Source: an uncultured Eubacteriales bacterium (lineage in GTDB: Bacteria > Bacillota > Clostridia > Oscillospirales > Oscillospiraceae). From it: a stretch of DNA of 64,000 nt. Shown here piece after piece: positions 51,495-61,407 of the stretch (the first letter of the stretch is position 1; each line of letters begins with the position of its first letter). Below the pieces are notes generated by a model. That model ran no database searches and had not been told where the DNA came from. It was given only the letters and a program-made list of their open reading frames with translations. The translations under genes and the position numbers were made by a program. The stretch covers positions 3,196-67,195 of the forward strand of contig URXW01000003.1 of the NCBI GenBank assembly GCA_900551995.1, in the 5' to 3' direction.

Positions 51495-52952
51495 TTATGC
51501 GCTGCCTTGGCGCAGGTAGCCGTAGTCGCTTTTGAGAATATTGCGGAAGAAGGGGTAGCACAGCACGGCGTCGGCGGCGATCCACGCCAGAGGGTCGGCG
51601 ACGCAGAGGGCGTAGAACGCCAGAGGCGGGGCATCGACGCTGACCGCGCCGCCGGCGATGGCGGTGGGCAGCAGCAGGCACGCCGCCACACGCGCCGCCA
51701 GCTCCGCACCACCGGCTCCCAGCACGAAGCCGCTGCGCCCGATGCCCTGCACGCAGTTGCGTACCACGAAGATGAAGGCGAGGAACAGGTACAGGGCGAA
51801 GTCCACGTACAGCAGGGCGTTGCCGTAGCGCACCGCCTCCGGCGTGACCTTGTCGGCACTGAGGAAGATGTGGTAGAAGAAATCGTTCCGCATCGCCAGC
51901 AGACCGAGCCCGACGGACAGCGCGGCGAGGATGGAGACGATCCCCAACGCTTGCAGAGAGCCGCGCTTGATGCGGTCATAGTGTCCCGCGCCCAGATTCT
52001 GGGCGGTGAAGCTGGTCATGGCTCCGCCGAAGGCGTTCATGGGCGTCATAATGAGGTTGTTCAGCTTGTTTGCCGCGCCGAAGCCGTTCTGCGCCGCGTT
52101 GGACACCATGGCGGCACCGCGCATATCGAAGCGCACCACGCCCGCCTGCATGACGATGATGCCCACCGCCAGCACGGAGAATTGCAGACCCAGCGGGATG
52201 CCGCGGGTCAGGTGACGCTTCACGTCCATGAGGGAGATATGCCAGTCCGCCCGGTGGAGGCGGAGGACGGGGTAGCGGAGGAAGGCGTAGGCAAAGCACG
52301 CCACGGTGCTGACCAGCTGCGCCAGCACGGTCGCCCAGGCGGCACCCGCCACGCCCCAGTGGAAGGAGAGGATAAACAGCAGATCCAGCACCACGTTCAG
52401 CACCGTGGAGAACAGCAGGAACAGCAGAGGCGTTACGGAGTCGCCCATGGCGCGGAGGAAGGAGCAGATGAAGTTATAGAAAAGCTGCGCGCCGATGCCG
52501 ATGAAAATGACGGTGCAGTAGGTGTGGGCGGCGGTGTACACGTCCGGGTTCTCCGGCGTGACGTTGATCCACGCCAGCATGGGGTCCAGGAGCACCAGAG
52601 CCAGCGTCGTGAGCACCGCCGTCAGCCCGGCGGAGAGCAGCAGCTGGGTGGCGAGGGAGCGGCGGACGCCCCGCTCGTCGTGCATCCCCACGTAGTAGGA
52701 GGTGATGACGCAGAAGCCCGCGCTGACACCGAAGGCGAATTGCAGGAAAATGAAGATCAGGGACGTGGTGTCGTTGACGCCCGCGACCTCGGCGGCGGTC
52801 AGCGTCTGTCCCACGATGGCGGCGTCGCTGATGGTGTAGACCTGCTGGAGCAGGTAGGACAGGATCACCGGCAGGGAAAACAGCAGGATCACCCGCCAGC
52901 ACTTGCCTTGGGTCAGATCCATTGGCTCCCTTTTTGTATGTGCTGTTTTCAC
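51495..52952 (-). CDS. MATE-family transporter
   Basis: MDLTQG, LQQVYTISDAAIVG, LRAMGDSVTPL, GVAGAAWATVLAQ, QNLGAG; GTG start (alternative ATG at 52922). Confidence 0.92.
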   Translation of the reverse strand: MKTAHTKREPMDLTQGKCWRVILLFSLPVILSYLLQQVYTISDAAIVGQTLTAAEVAGVNDTTSLIFIFLQFAFGVSAGFCVITSYYVGMHDERGVRRSLATQLLLSAGLTAVLTTLALVLLDPMLAWINVTPENPDVYTAAHTYCTVIFIGIGAQLFYNFICSFLRAMGDSVTPLLFLLFSTVLNVVLDLLFILSFHWGVAGAAWATVLAQLVSTVACFAYAFLRYPVLRLHRADWHISLMDVKRHLTRGIPLGLQFSVLAVGIIVMQAGVVRFDMRGAAMVSNAAQNGFGAANKLNNLIMTPMNAFGGAMTSFTAQNLGAGHYDRIKRGSLQALGIVSILAALSVGLGLLAMRNDFFYHIFLSADKVTPEAVRYGNALLYVDFALYLFLAFIFVVRNCVQGIGRSGFVLGAGGAELAARVAACLLLPTAIAGGAVSVDAPPLAFYALCVADPLAWIAADAVLCYPFFRNILKSDYGYLRQGSA

Positions 52953-53088
52953 AGAAATCGCCCCTTTCTTTTGTGTAGTATGACAAAATCTTTCAGCGCG
53001 GAGATTATAATACCGGCGGGGGCGGTTGTCAAGAGGGGAGGAAAAATTTCCGCAGGGCAAAAAAAGGAACCGCTTTTCAGCGGTTCCC

Positions 53089-53299
53089 CAGGCTGTCGAA
53101 AAAGCCACCGGCTTTCTCGACAGCCTGCAATAATGCCGTTATTTTCGTGCCGCAAAGCGGCACGAAAATACTCGCTTCGCTCCACGCACGCCTTGCAGAG
53201 CAAGGCTTAGCGCGGCATTTGATCCGATTCGAGGCGGGCTTTGCCCCCTCGAGCTCCCCCTGTGAGGCGGAAAGATTGCATACGCGGTGGGGTTTATCG
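53089..53299 (-). mobile_element. MITE/REP-like element, copy 3 (left end degenerate)
   Basis: Reverse complement of copy 1 including the terminal CAGGCTGTCGA..TCGACAGCCTG hairpin; abuts the proS terminator GGAACCGCT-TTTC-AGCGGTTCC. Confidence 0.75.
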
Positions 53300-53309
53300 G
53301 GCTGCTTTC

Positions 53310-54749
53310 TTAATATGCCACGCCCCAGTAGATGTCGGTGGTGGCGGGCTTGCCGCACATGACGCACTTGCCCTCGGTGCCGGACTGGTGCAGCGGCATA
53401 CAGCGGCTGGACACGCCGGCCTTCTCCTTCATCGCCAGCTCGCACTCCAGAGAGCCGCACCACTTGGTACGGGCAAAGCCGCCCTTGCCTTGCGCCATCT
53501 CCTTGACCTCCTCCCAGGAGGTCATGTCGAAGGTGTTGTCCTCCAGATTCTTGGACGCCATGGCGTACAGGTTGTCGTGAACGTCCTGCAGCAGCTTCTG
53601 CACGGCACTCTCCAGCTCCGTCAGAGGCACGAAGGTCTTTTCACCGGTGTCGCGGCGGGCGATGCAGCACTGTCCTTTTTCCATGTCCTTGGGGCCGATC
53701 TCCACGCGGAGGGGCACGCCCTTCATCTCGTACTGGGCGAACTTCCAGCCGGCGGACTGGTCGCTGTCGTCCATGCTGACGCGGATGCCGGCGGCGGTCA
53801 GACGGTCGCGCAGGGACGCGGCGGCCTCCAGCACGCCCTCCTTATGCTGGGCGATGGGGATGACCACCACCTGCGTGGGGGCGATGACCGGGGGCAGCAC
53901 CAGACCGTGGTTGTCGCTGTGGGTCATAATGATCGCGCCGATGAGACGGGTGGACGCGCCCCAGCTGGTCTGGAAGGGGTATTGAAGGGTGTTGTCCCGA
54001 CCGGTGAACGTCACGTCGTAGGCGCGGGAGAACTTGTCGCCGAAGAAGTGGCTGGTGCCGGACTGGAGAGCCTTATGGTCCTTCATCATGCACTCGATGG
54101 TGTAGGTCGCTTCGGCACCGGCGAACTTCTCCTTGTCGGTCTTGCGGCCCTTCACCACGGGCATCGCCAGCGCGTTCTTGCAGGCGTCGGCGTAGCAGTT
54201 CAGCTGCTGCTCCGTCTCCGCCTCCGCCTCGGCCGCCGTCTCGTGGATGGTGTGACCCTCCTGCCACCAGAACTCGCGGCTGCGGAGGAAGGGGCGGGTG
54301 GTCTTTTCCCAGCGGATAACGGAGCACCACTGGTTATACAGCATGGGCAGCTCCCGGTAGCTGTGGAGCACGTGGCTCCAGTGGTCGCAGAACATAGTCT
54401 CGGAGGTGGGGCGGAACGCCAGACGCTCCTCCAGAGGCTCGCTGCCGCCGTGGGTGATCCATGCCACCTCCGGGGCGAAGCCCGCCACCAGCTCGCCCTC
54501 CTTCTTCAGAAGGCTCTCGGGGATGAGGACGGGCATCGCCACGTTGACGTGCCCGGTCTTTTTGAACTCCGTGTCCAGATATTTCTGAATGTTCTCCCAG
54601 ATGGCATAGCCATAAGGTCGAAGGATCAGGAAGCCCTTTACGGAGGCGTAGTCCACCAGCTCCGCTTTCAGGCAGATGTCCGTATACCACTTGGCGAAGT
54701 CCTCCTCCATGGGAGTGATCGCTTCCACATTTCTCTGATCCTTAGCCAT
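53310..54749 (-). CDS. proS: Proline--tRNA ligase (archaeal/eukaryote-like type, no INS editing domain)
   Basis: RPTSET, RWEK.TRPFLRSREFWWQEGHT, KFAGA, LQSGTSH, C-terminal zinc site ending AY. Confidence 0.96.
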   Translation of the reverse strand: MAKDQRNVEAITPMEEDFAKWYTDICLKAELVDYASVKGFLILRPYGYAIWENIQKYLDTEFKKTGHVNVAMPVLIPESLLKKEGELVAGFAPEVAWITHGGSEPLEERLAFRPTSETMFCDHWSHVLHSYRELPMLYNQWCSVIRWEKTTRPFLRSREFWWQEGHTIHETAAEAEAETEQQLNCYADACKNALAMPVVKGRKTDKEKFAGAEATYTIECMMKDHKALQSGTSHFFGDKFSRAYDVTFTGRDNTLQYPFQTSWGASTRLIGAIIMTHSDNHGLVLPPVIAPTQVVVIPIAQHKEGVLEAAASLRDRLTAAGIRVSMDDSDQSAGWKFAQYEMKGVPLRVEIGPKDMEKGQCCIARRDTGEKTFVPLTELESAVQKLLQDVHDNLYAMASKNLEDNTFDMTSWEEVKEMAQGKGGFARTKWCGSLECELAMKEKAGVSSRCMPLHQSGTEGKCVMCGKPATTDIYWGVAY

Positions 54750-54877
54750 TGTCAAATACCATTCCTTTATAATATATAGGCGTGTGCCAACTCCATATTT
54801 TATCCGTCATAGCCGCGATTGTCAAGGTTGCGGAGGAAAAAGACCGCCTTTCGGCGGTCTTTTCAGCATTTGGGGGA

Positions 54878-56269
54878 TCACTCGTTGCCGGGGAAGGAGG
54901 GGATGGTGGCGAAGCCGCGGGCAAGCTCCTCGTCGGTGGGGATGACGTCGCGCATCTCACCGTCGTTGTATCTGCCGTATGCCACCATGTCGAAGTAGCC
55001 GGTGCCGGTGAGTCCGATGACGATGTTCTTGCTCTCGCCGCTCTCCCTGCACTTCACCGCCTCGTCAATGGCGACGCGGATGGCGTGGCTGCTCTCCGGC
55101 GCGGGCAGGATGCCCTCACAGCGGGCGAACAGCTCCGCCGCCTCGAATACGGCGGTCTGTTCCACGCTGCGCGCCTCCAAAAAGCCGTCGTGGTACAGCT
55201 GGGAGACGACGCTGCTCATGCCGTGGTAGCGCAGGCCGCCGGCGTGGTTGGCGGAGGGGATGAAGCCGTTGCCCAGCGTGTACATCTTCGCCATGGGGCA
55301 GATCTTGCCGGTGTCGCAGAAGTCGTAGCGGAACACGCCGCGGGTCAGGCTGGGGCAGGACGCAGGCTCCACGGCGATGATGCGGTAGTCCGCCTCGCCC
55401 CGGAGCATCTGCCCCACGAAGGGGGAGATCAAGCCGCCCAGATTGGAGCCGCCGCCGGCGCAGCCGATGATGACGTCCGCCTTGACGCCGTATTTGTCCA
55501 GCGCCGCCTTCGTCTCCAGTCCGATGACGGACTGGTGCAGCAGCACCTGATTGAGAACGCTGCCCAGCACGTAGCGGGTGTTGGGCGTGGCGGCCGCCGC
55601 CTCCACCGCCTCGCTGATGGCGCAGCCCAGTGAACCGGTGGTGTCCGGGAACTCCGCCAGAATTTTTCTTCCCACCTCGGTGGTATCGGAGGGGGAGGGG
55701 GTGACCTGTGCGCCGTAGGTACGCATGACCTCCCGGCGGAAGGGCTTCTGCTCATAGGAGCACTTGACCATAAATACGCGGCAGTCCAGCCCCAGATAGG
55801 CGCAGGCCATGCTGAGAGCCGTGCCCCACTGGCCGGCACCCGTCTCGGTGGTGACGCCCCGCAGCCCCTGCTCCTTGGCGTAGTACGCCTGCGCGATGGC
55901 GGAGTTCAGCTTGTGGCTGCCGGAGGTGTTGTTGCCCTCGAACTTATAGTAGATATGGGCGGGGGTGTCCAGCTTTTCCTCCAGACAGTAGGCGCGCACC
56001 AGCGGGGAGGGGCGGTACATCTTGTAGAAGTTCCGCACGTCCTCGGGGATGGGAATGAGGGGGGTGTCGTTGTCCATCTCCTGCTTGACCAGCTCCGCGC
56101 AGAACACGTGACCCATCTCCTCCGCCGTCATGGGCTGGAGGGTGGCGGGATGCAGCAGGGGGGCGGGCTTCGTCTTCATATCGGCGCGGACGTTATACCA
56201 ATACCGGGGCATCTCGTCCTCGGAGAGATAGATCTTGTAAGGGATGTCGCGGTTTTTCAGTTCTTTCAT
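54878..56269 (-). CDS. trpB2: TrpB2-type tryptophan synthase beta (stand-alone)
   Basis: SGSHKLNSA, TTETGAGQWG, GSLGCAISEA, GGGSN, HAGGLRYHG, PAPESSHA. Confidence 0.92.
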   Translation of the reverse strand: MKELKNRDIPYKIYLSEDEMPRYWYNVRADMKTKPAPLLHPATLQPMTAEEMGHVFCAELVKQEMDNDTPLIPIPEDVRNFYKMYRPSPLVRAYCLEEKLDTPAHIYYKFEGNNTSGSHKLNSAIAQAYYAKEQGLRGVTTETGAGQWGTALSMACAYLGLDCRVFMVKCSYEQKPFRREVMRTYGAQVTPSPSDTTEVGRKILAEFPDTTGSLGCAISEAVEAAAATPNTRYVLGSVLNQVLLHQSVIGLETKAALDKYGVKADVIIGCAGGGSNLGGLISPFVGQMLRGEADYRIIAVEPASCPSLTRGVFRYDFCDTGKICPMAKMYTLGNGFIPSANHAGGLRYHGMSSVVSQLYHDGFLEARSVEQTAVFEAAELFARCEGILPAPESSHAIRVAIDEAVKCRESGESKNIVIGLTGTGYFDMVAYGRYNDGEMRDVIPTDEELARGFATIPSFPGNE

Positions 56270-56356
56270 GGTGTGGGTTCTCCTTTCGGTATTGGTTTTA
56301 GTAATGATGTATTCCATCAAGACCTCCCCGGACGGGGGAGCCTTGGAGGAGGCGTG

Positions 56357-57400
56357 TTACGCGAAGTAGTCGATCTGCATGGCGTGCTTGACCCTCGCCA
56401 GCGTGTCGGCGGCGGCGGCACGCGCCGCCTCGGTGCCCTGACGGAGCACCTCCATCACGTAGGCGGGATCCTTCGCCAGTTCTTCCCGGCGGGTGCGGAT
56501 GGGCTCCAGCGTCTCCTGCAGGACGTTGTTCAGGAACTTTTTCACCTTCACGTCGCCCAGACCGCCCCGCTCATAGTGCGCCTTCAGCTCGCCCAGGTTG
56601 GCGTAGTCCGGCAGGTAGCGGGCGAAATGCTCGTCGGTGCAGAAGGCGTCCAGATACATAAAGACCGGGTTGCCCTCCGTCTGACCGGGGTCGGAGACCT
56701 GCAGGTGGTTGGGGTCGGTGAACATACCCATGACCTTGGTGCGGATGTCGTCGGGCTGGTCGGCCAGATAGATGCAGTTGCCCAGGGATTTGCTCATCTT
56801 CGCCTTGCCGTCGGTGCCGGGCAGACGCAGGCACGCCTCGTTGTCCGGCAGGAGGGCGGTGGGCTCCACCAGCGTCTCGCCGTACAGCTCGTTGAAGCGG
56901 CGGACGATCTCGCGCGCCTGCTCCAGCATGGGCAGCTGATCCTCACCCACGGGGACGGTGTCCGCCATGAAGGCGGTGATGTCCGCCGTCTGGCTGACGG
57001 GGTAGGTCAAAAAGCCCATGGGGATGCTGTGATTGAAGCCGCGCAGCTGGATCTCCGCCTTGACGGTGGGGTTGCGCTCCAGACGCGCCAGCGTCACCAG
57101 ATTCATGTAGTAGAACGTCAGCTCCGTCAGCTCGCAGACCACGGACTGAATGAACATATGGCACTTCCGGGGGTCAAGACCGCACGCCATATAGTCCAGA
57201 GCCACCTGCATGATGTTCTCACGCACCTTGCCGGGGTTGTCGAAGTTGTCGGTGAGAGCCTGCGCGTCGGCGATCATAAAGAACAGCTTCTCGAATTTGC
57301 CGCTGTTTTGCAGAATGACGCGGTTGCGGAGGGAGCCGACGTAGTGACCCACGTGCAGGCGTCCGGTGGGACGGTCGCCGGTGAGGATGATCTTACCCAT
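56357..57400 (-). CDS. trpS: Tryptophan--tRNA ligase
   Basis: [35 protein letters not shown]. Confidence 0.97.
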   Translation of the reverse strand: MGKIILTGDRPTGRLHVGHYVGSLRNRVILQNSGKFEKLFFMIADAQALTDNFDNPGKVRENIMQVALDYMACGLDPRKCHMFIQSVVCELTELTFYYMNLVTLARLERNPTVKAEIQLRGFNHSIPMGFLTYPVSQTADITAFMADTVPVGEDQLPMLEQAREIVRRFNELYGETLVEPTALLPDNEACLRLPGTDGKAKMSKSLGNCIYLADQPDDIRTKVMGMFTDPNHLQVSDPGQTEGNPVFMYLDAFCTDEHFARYLPDYANLGELKAHYERGGLGDVKVKKFLNNVLQETLEPIRTRREELAKDPAYVMEVLRQGTEAARAAAADTLARVKHAMQIDYFA

Positions 57401-57443
57401 GATGATGTTTCCTTTCTGTATGACAATTATTTCTGTGACAATG

Positions 57444-57712
57444 AAAAAAAGTCTGTCCCATGGAATCTCCATGGGACAGACTGTGAAATACAAATCTGCG
57501 GTACCACCCAAATTGGCAAAATGCCCGCTCTGCACGCACGATCATGCGCTCCGCCGGGATAACGGCCGCGGCTGCCGTCGGGTATTACTCGCCCTTGCAG
57601 GCTTTCTCCCCGCCCTCGTAAGTCCATTCACCGCACGTTCCGCTGCCGCGCTCCCACCGATGCGCCGCTCTCTGAAAGTTTCCTGTGCGATTACTCCTCT
57701 TACTCAACGGTT
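57444..57712 (-). ncRNA. T-box riboswitch, Trp-specific
   Basis: Minus strand: AGAGA and GGTGGGA stem I motifs, specifier GAA-TGG (57624-57626), T-box AATTTGGGTGGTACCGCAGA, terminator AGTCTGTCCCATGGA/TCCATGGGACAGACT plus U-run. Confidence 0.93.
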
Positions 57713-57728
57713 TCGGAATATGGTCGCC

Positions 57729-57756
57729 ATTATAGCACCTTTTTTCCGGTTGTCAA
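57729..57756 (-). promoter_or_regulatory. SigA promoter of the T-box-trpS unit
   Basis: TTGACA-16 nt-TATAAT with TG extension. Confidence 0.8.
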
Positions 57757-57767
57757 GAGGGAATTGC

Positions 57768-58637
57768 TCACAATGCCCGCAAAAATTCCGGCTTCAGGTC
57801 GCGGCGACCCTCCAGCGCGGCGGCGATCTGCCCCAGCAGCGCGTCCCGATCCCTGTTGAGGGTGCCCTTCAGCGTCAGGTAGTTGCTGGCGTGGTTGGCG
57901 CGGAACACGGTGCCCTCGCTGTCCACATTTTGCAGGAAAAGCTCCGTCTCCTTCAGCACCTCCGGCGCCGTGAGCAGCGTGAAGCTGCCGTCCCGCACCC
58001 ACTGCTCCAGCGGCGTGCCCGGCTCCACCATCAGCGTCAGCAGCCCCAGATAGTCGGGCTGGATCGCGCTGACCGCCTTGGCGGTGTCCACGGCGTGCTG
58101 ACGCCATTTGTCCACGCTGCCAAGACCGGAGATGGCGGTCACCGACAGGGCGAGGCCGCAGCGGCGCGCCTTCTGCCCGGCGGCGACGATCTCCGCGGCG
58201 GTGTGCCCCTTACGCATTTTTTCCAGCACCGCGTCGCAGCCGGATTCCAGCCCCATGTACACCATCTGCAAGCCCTTTTGCCGCAGGAGGCGCAAATCGT
58301 CCTCGCTCTTGATCTGCAGGCTGGTGGGGGAGGCGTAGCAGGTGACACGCTCACACTCCGGGAACAGACCGTACACCAGACCGAGAATGGACGCAAGGTC
58401 ATCGGTTTTCCGCATGAGGGCGTCGCCGTCCGCCAGAAAGACGCGCTCCACCCGTCCGTAGACGCGGCGCGCCAGCTCGAAGTCCTCCCGGATCTCGTCC
58501 ATGGGGCGCATGGCGAAGTGCTTGTCGTCGTACATATCGCAGAAGGCGCAGCGGTTGTGGCTGCACCCGTAGGTCACCTGCACGATGAGGCTGTACGCCT
58601 CGCTGGGCGGGCGGTAGACCTTTCCTTTATAACGCAT
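57768..58637 (-). CDS. Radical SAM protein, function unknown
   Basis: YRPPSEA, GCSHNRCAFC, VFLADGDAL, GLESG, FRANHASNY. Confidence 0.9.
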   Translation of the reverse strand: MRYKGKVYRPPSEAYSLIVQVTYGCSHNRCAFCDMYDDKHFAMRPMDEIREDFELARRVYGRVERVFLADGDALMRKTDDLASILGLVYGLFPECERVTCYASPTSLQIKSEDDLRLLRQKGLQMVYMGLESGCDAVLEKMRKGHTAAEIVAAGQKARRCGLALSVTAISGLGSVDKWRQHAVDTAKAVSAIQPDYLGLLTLMVEPGTPLEQWVRDGSFTLLTAPEVLKETELFLQNVDSEGTVFRANHASNYLTLKGTLNRDRDALLGQIAAALEGRRDLKPEFLRAL

Positions 58638-58746
58638 GGTATCAACTCCTTTGGGTGCATTATGCCATATTCCGGGCGGTTTGAAAAGGGGTATATTCCG
58701 CATCACCGTCACATAGGCTGGTACATCTCAACAAACGAGGTGTGCT

Positions 58747-59394
58747 ATGGAGCTGAATTATAACCGTTTGGAGCTGCGCGGCACGGCGGCGGACACGCCG
58801 GTGCTGTCCCACGTGAACCACGGCTGCGCCTTCTATCGCTTTACGCTGTGGGTGCCGCGCCTTTCGGGGCAGACGGACAAGCTGCCGGTCATCGTGCCGC
58901 GGTCGTTGCTGCTGCTGACGCCCGTGCAGCCGGGGGACACGGTACATATCACCGGGCAGCTGCGCTCGTTCAACAACAAGAGCGGACAGGGGAGCCGGCT
59001 GGTGATCTCCGTGTTCGCCCAGACGCTGGTGCGGCAGGAGGGGGAGACGCTGAACCGCATCTGGCTCAGCGGCGTGCTGTGCAAGCAGCCCGTTCTGCGG
59101 CGGACGCCGCTGGGGCGGGAGATCTGCGACATGATACTGGCGGTGAACCGGCGGTACGGACGGGCGGACTATCTGCCGTGCATTGCATGGGGCGCGGTGG
59201 CGCAGCAGGCGTCCCTCCTGCGAACCGGGGCGCGTCTGACGGCGGAGGGACGGGTGCAGAGCCGTATCTACGCCAAGACGGAAAACGGCGTTACCACCGA
59301 CCGCACCGCCTACGAGGTGTCCATCATGCGTCCGGCGGAGCGGGAGGAATTTCCGGACATGGCGGGAGAAAAGGGCGGATCCTGCCGATTCTGA
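58747..59394 (+). CDS. Tandem two-OB-fold single-stranded DNA-binding protein
   Basis: Two SSB-like repeats (NRLELRG..GQLRS; NRIWLSG..RRTPLGREIC..AVNR..DYLPCIAWG..GRVQSR). Confidence 0.88.
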   Translation: MELNYNRLELRGTAADTPVLSHVNHGCAFYRFTLWVPRLSGQTDKLPVIVPRSLLLLTPVQPGDTVHITGQLRSFNNKSGQGSRLVISVFAQTLVRQEGETLNRIWLSGVLCKQPVLRRTPLGREICDMILAVNRRYGRADYLPCIAWGAVAQQASLLRTGARLTAEGRVQSRIYAKTENGVTTDRTAYEVSIMRPAEREEFPDMAGEKGGSCRF

Positions 59395-59463
59395 GGTTGC
59401 GAACGGGGCGGCGGTGTGGTAAAATTTCTGTAAAGAAAGAGTTTAGCAAAGGAGAAGCCGCCC

Positions 59464-60867
59464 ATGCGCCATACGGGACATCTGCATCTGCCGTTCCACA
59501 CGCACCACCGCCCGGTGCGTTACGACGTGGACATGACCAAGGGCAGTATTTCACGGCACCTGATCAATTTCGCCCTGCCGCTGATGGTGGGGAACCTGTT
59601 TCAGCAGCTGTACAACATGGTGGACACGTGGGTGGTGGGGAACTACGTCAGCAACGAGGCGTTCTCCGCCGTGGGAACGGTGACGCCCATCATCAACACG
59701 CTTATCGGCTTCTTTTTGGGGCTGTCCAGCGGCGCGGGCGTGGTCATCAGCCAGTATTACGGCGCACAGCGGGAGGAGAAGGTCAAGCAGGCGGTCCATA
59801 CGTCGCTGCTGCTGACGCTGCTGCTGGGCGTGGTGTTCACCGTGGTGGGTATCGTGATGACGCCCATGATGCTGCGCCTGATGAAAACGCCGGCGGAGGT
59901 GGCTCCGGAGCAGACGGCGTATCTGACCATCTACTTCGCCGGGGTCATGGGGCTGCTGGTCTACAACATGGGCTCCGGTATCCTGCGGGCGGTGGGGGAC
60001 TCCCGGCGTCCCTTCTATTTCTTGCTGGTGTCGGCGGTGCTGAACACGGGGCTGGATCTGCTGTTCGTGCTGCGCTTCGGCATGGGCGTGGAGGGCGTGG
60101 CGTATGCCACCGTGATCGCCCAAGGCGTGTCGGCGGTGCTGACGCTGTGGGTGCTGGCACGGGCGGAGGGCAGCATCCGGCTGGAGCTGCGCTCACTGCG
60201 CCTGACGTGGAGGGTGCTGCAGCAGATCATCGCCGTGGGGATCCCCGCCGCGCTGCAAATGGCGGTGACGGCGTTCTCCAACGTGTTCGTGCAGGGGTAC
60301 ATCAACTATTTCGGCGCGGACTGTATGTCCGGCTGGACGGCGTACACGAAGGTGGATCAGCTGGTGATACTGCCGGTGCAGTCCATCGCCATGGCGGGCA
60401 CCACCTTCGTGGGGCAGAATCTGGGCGTGGGCGACACGCCCCGCGCCAAGAAGGGCGTGCGGATAGCACTGTACCTCTCCTTCGCGGTGACGGCGGTGCT
60501 GCTGGTGCCGGTGCTGCTGCTGGCACCGGATCTGACGGCGTTCTTCAACAGCAAGGCGGAGGTGGTGTCCTACGGTGCGCTGCTGCTGCGGCTGCTGTCG
60601 CCCTTCTATTTCTTCTTCTGCATCAACCAGATCTACTCCGCCGCCCTGCGGGGCGCGGGCAACAGCCAGATGCCCATGTGGATCATGCTGGGCTCCTTCG
60701 TGGTGTTCCGCCAGATCTACCTGTACATCACGGCGCATTTCATCGCCAACGAGATCGTGCCTATCGCGCTGAGCTATCCCGCCGGGTGGTTCGTGTGCAG
60801 CGCGGCGACGCTGCTGTATTACCGGCGATGCCGGTTTGACAAGCACCGGCTGGTGGAGGACGTGTGA
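59464..60867 (+). CDS. MATE-family transporter
   Basis: DMTKGS, FQQLYNMVDTWVVG, LRAVGDSRRP, GVEGVAYATVIAQ, GQNLG. Confidence 0.93.
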   Translation: MRHTGHLHLPFHTHHRPVRYDVDMTKGSISRHLINFALPLMVGNLFQQLYNMVDTWVVGNYVSNEAFSAVGTVTPIINTLIGFFLGLSSGAGVVISQYYGAQREEKVKQAVHTSLLLTLLLGVVFTVVGIVMTPMMLRLMKTPAEVAPEQTAYLTIYFAGVMGLLVYNMGSGILRAVGDSRRPFYFLLVSAVLNTGLDLLFVLRFGMGVEGVAYATVIAQGVSAVLTLWVLARAEGSIRLELRSLRLTWRVLQQIIAVGIPAALQMAVTAFSNVFVQGYINYFGADCMSGWTAYTKVDQLVILPVQSIAMAGTTFVGQNLGVGDTPRAKKGVRIALYLSFAVTAVLLVPVLLLAPDLTAFFNSKAEVVSYGALLLRLLSPFYFFFCINQIYSAALRGAGNSQMPMWIMLGSFVVFRQIYLYITAHFIANEIVPIALSYPAGWFVCSAATLLYYRRCRFDKHRLVEDV

Positions 60868-61037
60868 TGAACAAATGTGAGAGCTGCGTGTGGTACGGTT
60901 ACGACGAGGAGTACGACGACTACGTGTGCGACATGGATCTGGACGAGGACGAGCTGGCGCGATTTCTGGCGGGGGACAGCCGGGAGTGCCCCTACTGGCG
61001 TCCGGGGGACGAGTACCGCACGGCGCGGAAGCAATAG
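60867..61037 (+). CDS. Small acidic Cys-containing protein, 56 aa (DUF6472-like)
   Basis: MNKCESCVWYGYDEEYDDYVCDMDLDEDE...ECPYWRPGDEYRTARKQ; TGATG coupling to the MATE stop, SD GGAGG; not in the ORF track. Confidence 0.8.
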   Translation: MNKCESCVWYGYDEEYDDYVCDMDLDEDELARFLAGDSRECPYWRPGDEYRTARKQ

Positions 61038-61045
61038 AAAAAACA

Positions 61046-61224
61046 ATAATGCCGGTATTTTCGTGCCGCGAAGCGGCACGAAAATACTCGCTTCGCTCCA
61101 CGCACGCCTTGCAGAGCAAGGCTTAGCGCGGCATTTGATCCGATTCGAGGCGGGCTTCGCCCCCTCGAGCTCCCCCTGTGAGGGGAAAAGACTGCACGCA
61201 CAGCAGGGGTTTATCGACACGCAG
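61046..61224 (-). mobile_element. MITE/REP-like element, copy 4 (right end missing)
   Basis: Reverse complement of 24368-24546; abuts hairpin AGAAGCGGC-TCTC-GCCGCTTCT-TTT. Confidence 0.75.
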
Positions 61225-61407
61225 AGAAGCGGCTCTCGCCGCTTCTTTTAGCTGCGTAAAATGTTGGTCACAGAGGAGTTAAGTTTTATGACAGGGGCGA
61301 GGATTTTGGGCACATTTCACCATGGGTACACTGTTGCCCCCGGCGGGAAAATATGCTATACTGCACTGTATAACGGTTATCCTACGCAGGGAAAGGGTGG
61401 GGCTGAC

